The notes under the pieces: generated by a model
What the model was told of the DNA's origin: nothing
The model's input: only the letters and a program-made list of their open reading frames with translations
The model's database searches: none
In this document: in pieces, positions 27,601-40,495 of the stretch
How positions within the stretch are numbered: the stretch's first letter is position 1
Layout of the letters: each line of letters starts with the position of its first letter
Made by a program: the position numbers and the translations under genes
NCBI RefSeq assembly: GCF_009914755.1
Contig: NC_060945.1
DNA length: 64,000 nucleotides
From: the human T2T-CHM13v2.0 reference genome, Homo sapiens
Direction: 5' to 3' (one strand)

Positions 27601-29289
27601 TATTTATTATATATTATATATGTTGAATATTTAATCTAAATTCATATGTATATATTCCATGTATAATTATTTAATTTATAATAGAAATATATATATTGCA
27701 TAATAAACTGTATGGGGCTTCACTAAGATACTGTGTTTCATTTTATGTAGGTGTTGTGGGACTCTGTTTGCATATTATAAACTGAGAACCTAGTAAGATT
27801 ATGGAAGAGCCTCCTGTTTCTCCACCATAAAACTTGCTCTGGTATAACTGGAACTTAAACTAGATGAATGCTTTTAGAGGGAGTCAAGCAGTCCAGACAT
27901 ACTCCTGCAGTTTCTAGATTGTGAAGATCTAATAGACTCAATAAGTAATTGAAAATGAGGATGAACAAAATATTGGGAATATTGTGAAGAATGGTCAACA
28001 TAAATTAAAAATCAAAATAGTAAAGATTCAACTTGGAGAGGTCAATGGTAAGAAAGGCAGGGAAATTGGGGAAATAGAAGAGAAATCATGAGAAAAGTCT
28101 AAGGTAATGACATAAAGTAAAATAATAAAAATAATTCTTGTCTTTTAGATTGGCATTTTTGGAAAGGAAGTAATCACTGTGAATATTTGTATATTTGAAA
28201 AAAAATGAACAATGTATGTAACTTTGGGGCATAAATAAATAATACCAAATAAAGTAGAGTTTGTGTAGCTATGCCATCATTCAATCAATAGTCATAAACG
28301 CTCAGTTTAGCACCCTTCTAAGGATTATAGGCGTGAGCCACCATAATGGGCCCAGTTTGTTATTTTGAAATATCACTTTTATACATGATACGTGGATACA
28401 ATTCCATTATAGTAGCTGATTGTCAAACTGATTTGATCAATAGGATTTCCACAACAACATTATCTACTGTATTACTGTATCTTATATAGGGCTATTTTCA
28501 TAAAATGGGGACAATGGAACTACTTAGATAATCCAGGTAATTAGTAATGTCTCTTAATAGACTGTATATAAAGAAATGTGTTTTCACCTATTAATGAAGA
28601 CTGAAACTACAGAAGTTGAATAAAATAGGTTTACAATATTAAAGTGAACATTTCCATTGCATTTTTATAATGGTAATAGGTAAAATTGTCCAACATAATA
28701 CAAGTGGTATTTAGACTTTTTACATGAATATGTTTCAATGTTAGAATGTAAAGCATGGTAGAGTAAATCTGTGGGCCTGTGAATATAGATCACAGGTTAC
28801 AATTCATGTTATTTTCACCAGTGATAAGCTAAGGGTAAGCATCTACAAACAGTAAATACTAGGATGAAATAAGATTTCCTATTGTTCTTTCTTCTGTTGA
28901 AGAGCTTTAAAAAGGGAAATTATAGGCTAGTTACACTTCCAGTTGGATGAGTCTACCCACCTGGGCAGGATAGCAACTAGTCCATATTGTGTGATTCTTT
29001 GGGATTTAATTTTAGAGAAAAAGAGAGCTAGTTTCACTAAGCTTTCTCCCATCATATTGTGGCACAGATATTAGAGTGTACTTAGGCATACCTGAGCTTT
29101 CAGCCAAGTTGATGGCTGGGGTGGCAGGGAAAGAAAGTAATATGACTCCGTGGAAAATTTCCCTATATGAGAAATATTACCTGTACATTTTTATTATGAC
29201 ATGTATCATAATGTTTGGGATATAATAATACCAACATAATTATTACTAACTACCTCAAAAAAACGAATATTTTAATTACTGTTTAGAAA

Positions 29290-30120
29290 CAATGCAACAC
29301 CGGAAGCCCTTTCTTTCTATATCCCCATTCCAGTCACACAAAAGTTAACATTGTCCTGAATTATATGTTAAGCATGTTCTTCTCTTTCTTACATTTTAAA
29401 CATGAATGTTTGTGTTGTTAAAATATATATTATATATGTTTGTTTTAGGACTGTATATAAATGGAAACATATAGTATTTATTTTTTTGACTCGATACGTT
29501 TGTTCATTATTATCTACAGAGAAAAATCCATGTTCAATTATACTTTCATTTTCTGAGCTATATAGTATTCCATTCCAACATAACAGATCCAATCGTTCTG
29601 CTATGAATAAACATAATACATTAGTTCATAGTGCTTAGAGTTCTTGAATGAATATGCTAAGGAGAAACATTTCTGAATGTAGGATAATGACATGTTTACC
29701 ATTAATAACATTTTGGTTTCCATGGTTTTCTCTTTGTATTTTACGAAGTGATTGAGAGTGTCTGTTACTGCATTACCTCACTATCATGTGGTAGCGTTAG
29801 ACCTGTAATTTTTTTCACTTTTGTAGATTATGTAATGGAATTTCACTGACTTTACTTGAATTTCTCTATTACTGATTTAAGTTGAGCTTATATTTATTTG
29901 ATTATATCAGATGTAAAAGTGCCTATTCATACTATTTATACTTTTTTAAAATGTGAGTAGTCTTTTTTTATTTGTAGGATATTTTATTTTATTCTCAATG
30001 TCAATTATCTTTTGGTCATATTTTATGCAACTATCTTCTTCCTGATATAGCTTGAAATTTTATTTTCTTTTATTTTCTTTGATACATATACTCTTAATTT
30101 AAATGCATAATTACAAATAT
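29290..30120 (-). mobile_element. L1ME-type remnant
   Basis: T-rich sequence with ATAAATGGAAACATATAGTA, TAGTATTCCATT and TAATGGAATTTCACTG motifs. Confidence 0.55.
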
Positions 30121-30167
30121 ATAAAATTACTATGTTTATATGACCATGTTTGTACATATTATAAATA

Positions 30168-30793
30168 TAGCCAGTTTTCACAACTTGTGGCTTCAGTATT
30201 GTGAATTCACTTATTAAAACTTATTTGTAACCCTAAAATTAAATGTTTCTTCATTGTCATTTGCAGACATTTTCAGATCAGTGAAAAATTTGAGATGTTC
30301 AATGTGTACATTCCCACCAGAGTTTGAACTACGTGACTGTCTGTCTGCCTTCCTGTTCCAACTTATATTGTAAAAAAGTGTTTTGCTCATGTTCTAGTTA
30401 GTGGCAGTATTTTTACAGTGTTATGCCTTTTGTTGCTGATTTCTCTGTTTAACATGACCCAAACATAAATAAGAAGTATGTCTAGTGTTCCCAAAGGCAA
30501 GAAAGCTGTGTGTGCCTTATGGAGAAAATATGTTACATAAGCTTGATTCAGGCATGATAAGTTGTTGGTCATGAGTTTGATGTTAATAACTCAACAATAT
30601 ATATTAGATAAGGTGTCTTTAAAGAGAAACATACATAAGTTATGTATTAATCAGTTGATGAAAACTTTGTGATTAGAGGCTCACAGAAAACTAACTCTGT
30701 ATTTCTCCTAAGAGAAGTGGCTCAATGTTTGCTAATCCAATGTTCATGGCAACTTCAAAGAAAGTAAATACCACAAATAATGAGAATAGACTC
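30168..30793. mobile_element. MER82 (TcMar-Tigger) non-autonomous transposon, near full length
   Basis: TTATTTGTAACCCTAAAAT..GTCTAGTGTTCCCAAAGGCAAGAAAGCTGTG..GCCTTATGGAGAAAATA..AAGGTGTCTTTAAAGAGAAAC..AATAATGAGAATAGACT. Confidence 0.85.
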
Positions 30794-30835
30794 TCTCTCT
30801 CTCTCTCTCCTCTGTCTCTCCTCCCATGTATGTGT

Positions 30836-30869
<34 letters not shown>
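30791..30869. repeat. Compound (CT)n / (TG)n microsatellite
   Basis: About (CT)9 at 30791 and (TG)14 at 30841-30868. Confidence 0.95.
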
Positions 30870-30871
<2 letters not shown>

Positions 30872-32650
30872 CCTTTTGAATATATTTGTATGTATATATG
30901 CAAAAAACAAAGCAAATGCAGTGGGATCTTGGGACCTACTTAGCTGGCCAAAAACCTGAGTGTGTCTATATTTTGTACACTTGTATTCCATTTATAGCAT
31001 AAGAGTGAGTAGCAGCACACTGATTAGTAAGATCAATTTCAGAATATTGCTAGAAATGATGATCTCTTTTATGTCTTTTTAAGTATGAAAATGCCTGCAC
31101 TCTCAAGCTAACAATAGTTATTATTAGAAAAACTCCTAATTGTTTTGAGAACATTGTATTCAGCATTACATTTCAAAGTATATCAAGTCTTGCTGATATC
31201 ATGCCTAAAAAACACCAAAAGAAATCACTTTCTAAAATATGGTACATGAAAGCTACTTACCATGAACTTTCTTTTCATTTATCAAAGTCATGTCCTTTTC
31301 TAGACATAAGCAGCTGGCAGTATTGTTTCCCCAGGAGCATACAAGCAGAACACCATCTGAAGCCAGATGAAAACTAAAGGTACTTATCCAAGTGGAAAAT
31401 ATGGCAAGTTTGTACATTATTCATGACACCAATTAGCTCTTGAATCAACAAATATGGTAAAATGTTTTTAAAGCTAGAGAGCTATAGAGGCCATGTACAT
31501 ACACATAAAACCAAATGGAAACCTTACAAGATTGATCTGCATAATTTAGTCCAAAATAGTTATTTTATTTGAAATATCAGTGACTAAATAAAACAGAAGT
31601 TACAGTAGCATCATTTTTCTGTAAGTCGTAATATTTTTTGTTTGAATGAATAAACTAAATATATAATCAATGAAGAATTCCTCTTTTAAGTATTTAGGGT
31701 TTTGTTGTTGTTGTTTTCTCATGGAAAAAATTCAATTAGACAATCCAGATGAGGAAACTGATTCTTAGAAGAAGTTTGATCAAATCATCTATTGGAAAGT
31801 GTAGTGCTGAAATTAAAAATTATTTCTGCCAGAATACAAAATTTGCATTCATCTCTCTAAATCAGGATACCCAAGAATTGATTGAAATGCAAGATTTGCA
31901 GTAGATTACTTTAGCTTTCCTTATAAAGCAAATTACTCTCAAATTAAATATGTTTGATACAGTGTTGCAAAAATTCCATCTTGGGGCACTTCAATTTTCA
32001 AAACATAATATTCTTTCAGTCTAAAGAATATTAGCATAAGATTTAACACTGCCATTCACTTATTTAAATTTACCTATTTAATCAGATATATTTAATCAAG
32101 TTACATATGAATACTTAATTAAACTTGTTTTGGTTAACATTCTGGCTTAGAGAGGAGTTGGATTTCTATATATTGTGTTTATGCAAACATAAAATGATTA
32201 TGTTCATATCTAGAGTAGCTGCTAATTTACTGGCACCTATTTTACATTCACAATTTTTTAAGGTTTAAATATCTAAAACAAAAAACATTTGAAAATTAAT
32301 ATTTTGGTTATTTTAATACAGAATATTCAATCATTAAATTAAGCCTGAGAAGAATAACTAATACTCAGGATTTTTATTATGTATTTAATATATATGTAAT
32401 GAGCAGGAGAAGAGAGAGCCTAAGAGAGACAATAAATAAATAATAAATAATATAATTTTTAATGATTTTTTCTTTATATTTTCTTCAATACCCCAAATCT
32501 TCTCACACAAACTTGAATTACATTTTTGTAGAAAAGTTTAAATTCTTAAAATATTTTAACTTTATGATGAATAATAACAAATTCATTTTATTTCTGTCTG
32601 CCATACACACATACACAAACACAAAGATATGGAAAAAGCTAAAATACCTT

Positions 32651-33016
32651 TGCCTTAGTCCATCTGTGCTACTATAACAAAACTCCATAATCTGGGTAGC
32701 TTATAAACAACAGAAATTTATTTGTTATAATTCTGGAGGCTGGGAAGTCCAAGATAAGGCATCTGCTGATGAAGTGTCTCGTTGAGGATCCATTTCCGGA
32801 TTCATAGAAGGTGTCCTCTAGCTGTGTCCTCATATAGTGAAAGGGACAAGGTAGTTCTCTGGTTCCTCATTTATAAGGATACTAATTCTATTCATGAGGG
32901 TTACATCCTCATTACCAAATCATGTCCCCCAAATCTCCATCTTCTAATACATCACCTTGGGGGTTAGGATTCCAACCCATAAATTTAGAGGGGTCACAAA
33001 CATTCAGATCAAAGTA
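32651..33016 (-). mobile_element. MLT1A0-type MaLR LTR
   Basis: TGCCTTAGTCCAT..TTATAAACAACAGAAATTTAT..GGCTGGGAAGTCCAAGAT..CACCTTGGGGGTTAGGATT..ACATTCAGATC. Confidence 0.85.
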
Positions 33017-33688
33017 TTTCTTAATAAGGCACATACCATTTCCTGATTGGAGAGCTGTTTTTCATAAGAAAATCAATGTTTCCCCAGGAAGAGGAAGTGG
33101 CTAGAACATATGCAATAGGTTCAAGGCCAAAAAACAAAAGTATTATTCATGGTCACTGATTGGAGATTCAGTAGTTGCCCTGCATGTATGCATAAGGATC
33201 AAGCACTTTATTGGAAACAAATTTATTTTTGATGCTTTGGTAAAACTGTCAATAGGAAGGTTGGGTTTTCCTGACAATTATTTTATGGTTAGTAATTTTT
33301 TATATAACACATAGTATTGGAGGATACTTACATATTTTCAGTACAAAAGTGTGAACAGATTGAATTCCAGCTTTGTTCATACTGTCCCTTCTACCAAGGA
33401 AATACAGAGATGGAAAAGAAAAACCTAGTGATCAAAAGCAGAGGGCTACCTGGAAGAGTAACAGCACAAAGAAAGAAGAATAGTGAGGCTGGATCGCCAG
33501 CAAAGGCCTGAGTGGGGAAGCCACACCTTAGTTTGATGAGCTTCCTCCAAAAGAAGTATATGAAGATGCTACTGAGTATGCTGGTTACATTTATCTTCTC
33601 AGTGCAGCACATCGCTATCAGTTTCTCACCTGCCAGAACAGGTGTCCTCTAGGAAGAGTTGTTTTATATACATTCATTTTACATAACT

Positions 33689-33937
33689 TTCTCACTAAAA
33701 CTTGAATTACATTTTTGTAGAAAAGTTTATATTCTTAAAATATTTTAACTCTGTGATGAATCATAACAAATTCTTTTTTTCTATCTCACATATACATATA
33801 CACAAACACAAATATATGGAAAAAGCAAAAAGAACCCTTGCCTTAGTCCACCTGGGCTGCTAAAACAAAACCCGATAATCTGGGTAGCTTATAAACAACA
33901 GAAATTTACTTGTTATAGTTCTGGAGTCTGGTAAGTC
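33689..33937 (+). repeat. Second copy of a ~250-bp local direct duplication (first copy 32500-32749)
   Basis: Colinear match from TTCTCAC..AAACTTGAATTACATTTTTGTAGAAAAGTTTA to CTGG(G/T)AAGTC, roughly 85-90% identical by eye. Confidence 0.92.
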
Positions 33938-35489
33938 AGTAGTCAGTTTACTTCTCCAGGTCCTCTTTAACACAGTTTTTCTTCATGCTGAGTGACAGGG
34001 ACAACTAATACTTGATTTGAAGAATATTTAGCAAGATAGAAAAATCAAATATTGATCTCTAAACTTCGTAGGTTGCTGTGGGACTATAATTTTCAGAAAC
34101 AGCAGTCTCATATAATACAGGACTTGAGGAAAACTTTGCTTTATTATCTAGAATAACTTGGATACTTCTCTGCTGTCAAAGAGAAATAACCCCTAGGAAA
34201 TGTTTCCCATCTTAGTGGAAATTATAATATGTTGAATATCTCTCGGTCGTACCTGGAAACTTGACATTGCTAAGAGCTTGTCTTCTAAAGCAAAAGAAGT
34301 TGCATTCCACTGGTATTCACCTGTAATAAATATGAAATGCACTGAGTATTACCTGGCAAGATGGAGAGTTAGATCACATGTCCAAATCTCTTCTCTTTTA
34401 ATGTACTTAAATTAATAAAATTGCTGAACAAAGAGATGAAAATTTTATCCAGACTAAAACTGGAAAAGGACTTTCTGATATCCTACAGATTATGAAATAT
34501 CTATGAAAATCTGGAACAAGCTCATAGAGGATACCAGGAGCTAACAAATGACTCTCTGGAAGTGGAGTGCCACGTTCTTAACAGCACATAGAAGAGATTT
34601 TGAAGGACTCCCGTATTAATACTTTGAAAATCACAGAGCAGCCCCGATTGAAGGAGAAGAAGTCAATCATCCAAATTATTTTTTAATTTTTTTGTTTTGA
34701 CTTGATATCCTGTAAAAAAAGCAAATGGTATGAAGACAAGCTTGCTTTATAGCTGAGGAGTGAGGTGATGGTATGCATGAGGGCATGTGTCTTACTGTCA
34801 GAGAAAAATAGCCTTGGGATACCCCACAAATACAAAGACAGTAAGTACTGTGGGCCACTCTACATCAGTTTCTCACCAATGTAGTTGTTTAGTATAGAAT
34901 AGGAACTACACTCATATCTGTGGTTAATCCATAATGAAAAATGTAAGTCCTGGAAAAAGGCAAAGCCAGCCCACTACATCAGATGTTACAAATTTAGAAA
35001 TTAAGCACACACATTTCTGTGACTTAATTATCTTCAGTCAAATTTTCCCTTCCTTTTCAGGCAACTGATAAGTTGGTTTCACAATGGACTGTACCACCAT
35101 CCAGGGACATGGTCACATTTAATTTCTCAAAGCTGAAGGAAATATGATGGTGAGCTGATAAATTCAGTGACTATTGTTGAACAAATTGCAGAGCTTGATA
35201 GAATTGTCTTAAAAAGTTAATTTTATCAATCAAAGTAACTAAGCAAAAATTCCTAAGTATGTTACCAAAAAAAAAAAAATTACTGTGTAGAGGCTTAAAA
35301 TGACATGGTGTCTGATAGCTCAACACTTATCTGTTTTTTGATTTTATTTTAATTATTACCGTAAGAATTTATAGATAGCAGATATATAATAAAAATTTTT
35401 GCGATCAGAGAGTCTTTGGAATAAAATGATCCTAAGGATAGTGTCCAGTAGAGGATCCAGAATGAAACTAGGCAGAATGAATAATAGTG

Positions 35490-35570
35490 AGAGATGGAGA
35501 GGCAGGAGAGAGAGAGAGAGTAAGATATAGAGGGATGAGAGAGAGAGAAAGAGAGAAACAGAGAGAAGAA
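35490..35570. repeat. GA-rich simple repeat
   Basis: Interrupted (GA)n. Confidence 0.8.
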
Positions 35571-35891
35571 ATGAATGAGCACATAAGTATAGATGAAAAT
35601 AGATAAATCTCAGTAAGCAAATTGTGTAAAAAGAACAGGAATGAGATCCTGAGCATTTTCCTGGAATAGCTCAGCATGTCTGTGGAAAATTTTTCTTTTT
35701 TTTTTTTTTTTTTTTTTTTTATTCAAGGTAGCAGCTTTGCAGGTAAGAGGATGGCTAGATTCTAAGACTTACTGCTGTACTGGAGGCCATTCCAGTGGCC
35801 TGAGTGTATCACCATATTTCTTCATCCTGGAATGTTGGTAATAGACAAGATAGCCAGGACAGGATAATCTTTCTTCCTCTGGAAGAGCCAT

Positions 35892-38332
35892 TGTCTTCGT
35901 TCTTTCAGTGTTGCTGTCAAGGAAAACTGGAGTCTGAGTAAATGCTAAAGAAAAGAGATCTATTTGGCTCACAGTTAGGCAGGTTATACAAGAGGCATGA
36001 CACCAGCATCTGCTTCTGGGGAAGGCTGCAGGCAGTCCTCACTCATGACAGAAGGCAAAGAGGAGCAGGCATGTGCACAGAGCACGCGGTGAGAGAGAAA
36101 GCAAGAGAGCAAGGCGGTGAGAGCAGGTACCAAGCTCTTTATAGCAACCAGCTCTTACAGGAATTAATACAGCAAGAGGGCTCATTACTGTGAGGATAGC
36201 AACAAGCTATTCATGAAGTATCTACCTCCATGATCCAAACACTTCCCTTTAGGCCCCACCTAAAACATTGAGGATCAGATTTCAACATAAGGTCTGGAGG
36301 AGTCAAATAATCCAAACTATAGCAATTCTACCCCTGGCCCTCTAAATTTTATACCCTTCTTATACATACAATATAGTCATTCTATCCCATAGTCTTCAAA
36401 ACTCTTAACTTGTTCCAGCATCAACTCAAATGTCCAATATTCAAAGTTTCATCTGAGACTCAAGGCAAACTCTTTATATCTGTGACCCTGTAAAATCAAT
36501 AACAATGTTTTTACTTCCAAGATACAATGGTTGTGTAAGCATTAAATAAACATTTCTATCTCAAAAGGGAGAAATAGGCCAAAATAAAGGAGTAACAGGC
36601 TCCATACAAGTCTGAAACCCAGCAAAGCAGACATTAAACCTTAAAACTCCAAAATAATCTCCTTTGATTTCATATCCCACATCCTGGGTACATGGTGTGA
36701 GGGGTCAACTCAAAAGGCCTCAGGCAGTTGTGTCCCCATGGCTTTGTTGGGCACAGCCCACATGGGTGCTGTCTTGGGTTTGAGTTGAATGCCTGCTGCT
36801 TTTCCAGGCTGATGGTGCATGCTGCTGGTCGGTCTACACAGCCCTGCTCCCACAGTTCCACTAAGCAGTGCCCCAGTGGGGACTCTCTGAGGGTGCTCCA
36901 ACTGCACACTTCTACTCAGTATGAACTTAGTAAATTCTCTCTGCAAGGACTCAGCCCCTGTAGCAGAATTGTGCATGGTTACCCAGGCTTTGGGATATAT
37001 CCTCTGAAATCTAAGTGGAAGTGGCCAAGCCTCCTCCACTCTTGCATTCTGAGTGACTGCAGACTTAACACCATATGGACACTGCCAAGGCTTTCAGTTT
37101 ATACTTTAGAGCCGAGGACCAAGCAGTATCTGGGGCCATTGAGCAGTGGTTGGAGGTAGAGCAGTCAGGATGCAGGGAGCAGCATCCCAAGGTGGAACAG
37201 GGCAGTGATGCTCCAGTCCCAGACCTTGAAACAATTTTGTCCTCCCCAGGTATCTGGGCCTGTGATGGAAGGAGCAGCTTTGAAAATTTCTGCAATGCCT
37301 TTGGGGACTTTTCCCCATTATCTTGGCTTTTAGCACCTGACTCCCATTTAGTCATGCTAATCCTTTTAACAAGTGGTTGCTCTGCAGCACCATTGGATTC
37401 CTCCCTTAAAAATGCTCTTTCCTTCTCTATTACATGCCCAGGATGCACATTTTCCAAATGTTTAGGCTTTGCTTTATTTTTTAATTATAAATTACAACTT
37501 TAGGCCATTCCTTTGCTCCTATATCTGACACTCTTTGAAGGATTTTCTGCTTAGAAATTTCTTCCGCTAGATACTTTAGGTCATGACTTTTAAGCTTGGC
37601 CTTCCATGAAGAACTAGAGCATGAAAACAATGCAACCAAGTTCTTTTCTATGGTTAACAAGGGTAACCTTTGCTCTAGTTTCCAATCAGTTCCATGTGAG
37701 ATCCTGTCAGCTTGGTCTTTACGGTCTGTATTTCTACCAGCATTTTGGTCACCATCACTTAACCAATCTCTAAGAAGTTCCAAACTTTCTCTAATCTTCT
37801 TGTCTTTTTTCAGACCTCCAAATCCTTCTATCCTTTGCCCAGTTCCAAAACCACTTCCACAGTTTCTGGTATTTTTATAGCAACATCCCACTCTTTATAC
37901 CAATTTTCTGTCTTAGTCCTTTTAATGTTGCTACAAAGGAATATCTGAGGCTGGGTAATTTGTAAGAAGAGAGGTTTGTTTTTCTCACAGTTATTCAGGC
38001 CATACAAGAGGCATAGCACCAGCATCTGCTTCTAGTGAGAGCCTCAGGCTGCCTTTACTCACAGCAGAAGGTGAAGGGAACCAGCATGTGCAGAGATCAC
38101 ATGGATGGACAGGAAGCAAGAGAGCAATGGGGGAGGTGCCAAGCTCTTTTTAACAACCGGTCTCACAGAACTAATAGAACAAGAACTTACTCTTTACTGA
38201 GGATGGCACCAAAACCATTCATGGGAGGTCCACCCCGATGAACCAAACATCCCCCATTAGGCACCACCTTCAACAATGAGGATCAGATTTCAACAAAAGG
38301 TATGGAGAGGTCAAACAAAGTAAACTATAGCA
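35892..38332 (-). mobile_element. Near-complete MSTB MaLR provirus: LTR 35892-36324, internal region 36325-37908, LTR 37909-38332
   Basis: Two homologous ~430-bp LTRs (TGTCTT...AAACTATAGCA) flank ~1.58 kb of MST-internal-like sequence (CATCTGAGACTCAAGGCAA, GCAGTGCCCCAGTGGGGACTCT, CCAAACTTTC). Confidence 0.9.
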
Positions 38333-38337
38333 GTAAA

Positions 38338-38672
38338 TTTGTTGTTGTTGTTGCTGCTTTTTTTGTTTGTTTGTTTGACACGGAGTCTTGCTCTGTCGCC
38401 CAGGCTGGAGTGCAGTGGTGCTATCTCGGCTCACTTGCAAGCTCTGCCTCCCGGGTTCACGCCATTCTCCTGCCTCAGCCTCCCGAGTATCTGGGACTAC
38501 AGGCGCCCGCCACCACGCCCGGCTAACTTATTGTATTTTTGTAGTAAAGACTAATTTTTTTTTTTTGTATTTTTAGTAGAGACGGGGTTTCACCATGTTA
38601 GCCAGGATGGTCTCATACTCCTGACATCATGATCCGCCAGCCTCGGCCTCCCAAAGTGCTGGGATTACAGGC
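38338..38672 (-). mobile_element. AluY, 5'-truncated by ~20 nt, with duplicated middle linker
   Basis: GCAAGCTCTGCCTCCCGGGTTCACGCCATTCTCC diagnostic; TSD AGCAGTAAA (38329-38337, 38673-38681). Confidence 0.93.
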
Positions 38673-40193
38673 AGCAGTAAAGTTTTAATAAGTGCATGGT
38701 TCACCCAATTTCTCATCTTTTCAGTTCACATAGTTCAAGTATTGCCAATAAAAATAATTTTCGCCATATTTTTACAATGCCTGTAGTGTGCTTTTGAACA
38801 AATAATGATTTCCTCTAAGGAGATAGATAGCAAAGGCATAAAACAAGAATGTGGAATTTATAAGCCACTCATCACGTAGGGAAGGCACAGACTCCAGGAT
38901 ACAGAAACAATTGCATCTGACCCTGCTAATTGACTGAGTTAAGGGCACCCAAACCTTGCTTTTTAAAACAAAACAGTGAAAATGTGCTGCAGAGGAGATA
39001 GATGACTCCTTAGGGAGGAGGCAAAAGACATGCTTCTCTGTGAGCTTTAAAGTGTTCATTATAAAAAGCAGAGATACTTATCCCTGTAATTCCCCCAGGA
39101 AAGGAACTGGGGAGTAAAGATGAAGATTGTAGGCATGAGCTCAATTCAGGGAACATTTCCATTTCAGTGAGCATCTGCTGACAGTAAATCCAGTGATAAC
39201 TGTCATGCAGTGTGGATGTCTTACTTCTTTCTAGTAAGCCTGATGAGAGCACCGTATACCTCCTGGCATAATTGTTCTTGTTCCATCTGAGCTTAATGGG
39301 GATTTAAACATTCACAGGAGAAGTTAAAGGCAAAGAAAAATGTGACGGTATAAAAAGGAAAACTATTTTTAATGAGCTTATTTTCTTCTATGTAACTCAT
39401 CCTTATTTTCTGATTTCATAATGTTATATGGAACATTTTTGATATTATGAAAGAAAAACCAAATGATCTCATTTTATTTTATTTATAATTGTATTATTGA
39501 TCTCTTGTTATGATGGAGACCCTTTATATGTGTACTGCAATAAATGGAAGAGCTTAAGAAGCAATGGATACAATAATGATGTCAGTTTGGCTGCCAGGAA
39601 CTTGGTGGATAAAATCTGCTAAGAGACACATGAGATTATTTACGTCAATGAGTGTGTGATAATAAAAGGCAATTCAACCTCATAGATTTACAATTTAGAC
39701 ATAACTAAATATGGTAGTAACACTATATTTACTTCTTAATTCACTTATTATACTTGTTTCTCTTGACCAAAACAAAGGTAAACTCTACAGAATAGTTTAA
39801 TTACACTTAACGTAAGAAATTAATATCAATTTTTATGACTGGGAGACTCACAAATTAGTATAACTACAATAGAAAAGCACTATAACTCACACAACAGTTA
39901 GATTCCCTGTGCATGAGATGTCTTTGACCTGCCCAGAAAGGCTTCTACACATGGAATTCGCATGAACCTTATTATAATACCAGCATCCCAACACTAGCCA
40001 ACATTAAACCCTATGATTATATTATTATATGTAAGTGGCAATATGCTGCCAGAAACTGTAATATCTCCATGATCTGTAAAGGAGCTGCTCTATCTCAACC
40101 ACAGCATGAAACTATTTCTGTTTTTACACTAATAGTAGTTCAAGTTTATTAATTCTAGCAACCAAAACATATAACATCAAAAATCTTGAAATA

Positions 40194-40495
40194 GCTGGGC
40201 ACGATGGCTCACGCTTGTAATCCTAGCATTTTGGGAAGCCAAGGAAGGAGGATCTCTTGAGCCCAGGAATTCCACACCAGGCTAGGTAAAATAGCAAGAT
40301 CGTGTCACTACAAAAAATTTAAAAATTACCTGGGTGTGGTAGTCTGCACCTATAGTCTAAGCTATTCGGGAGGCTGAGGTGGGAGGATGGCTTGAGTCCA
40401 AAGTCCAGGAAGTCGAGGCTGCAGTGAGCTGTATCATGCCACTACACTGTAGGCTGAGTGATGGAGCGAGACCCTATCTCCAAAAAAAGAGAAAG
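40194..40495 (+). mobile_element. AluJ
   Basis: CTTGAGCCCAGGA and GAGGCTGCAGTGAGCTGTATC J-type diagnostics; TSD AAAAATCTTGAAATA / AAAAATCTCAAAATA. Confidence 0.9.

Noticed and set aside
34346-34380. TTACCTGGCA..GGAGA..GATCAC resembling the U1 snRNA 5' end
   Set aside because: Only ~10 nt of exact match with no downstream U1 similarity; compatible with chance.
36670-38025. Cluster of 60-143 aa ORFs on both strands
   Set aside because: These lie within the decayed MST internal region and LTR, overlap on both strands and form no coherent gene.
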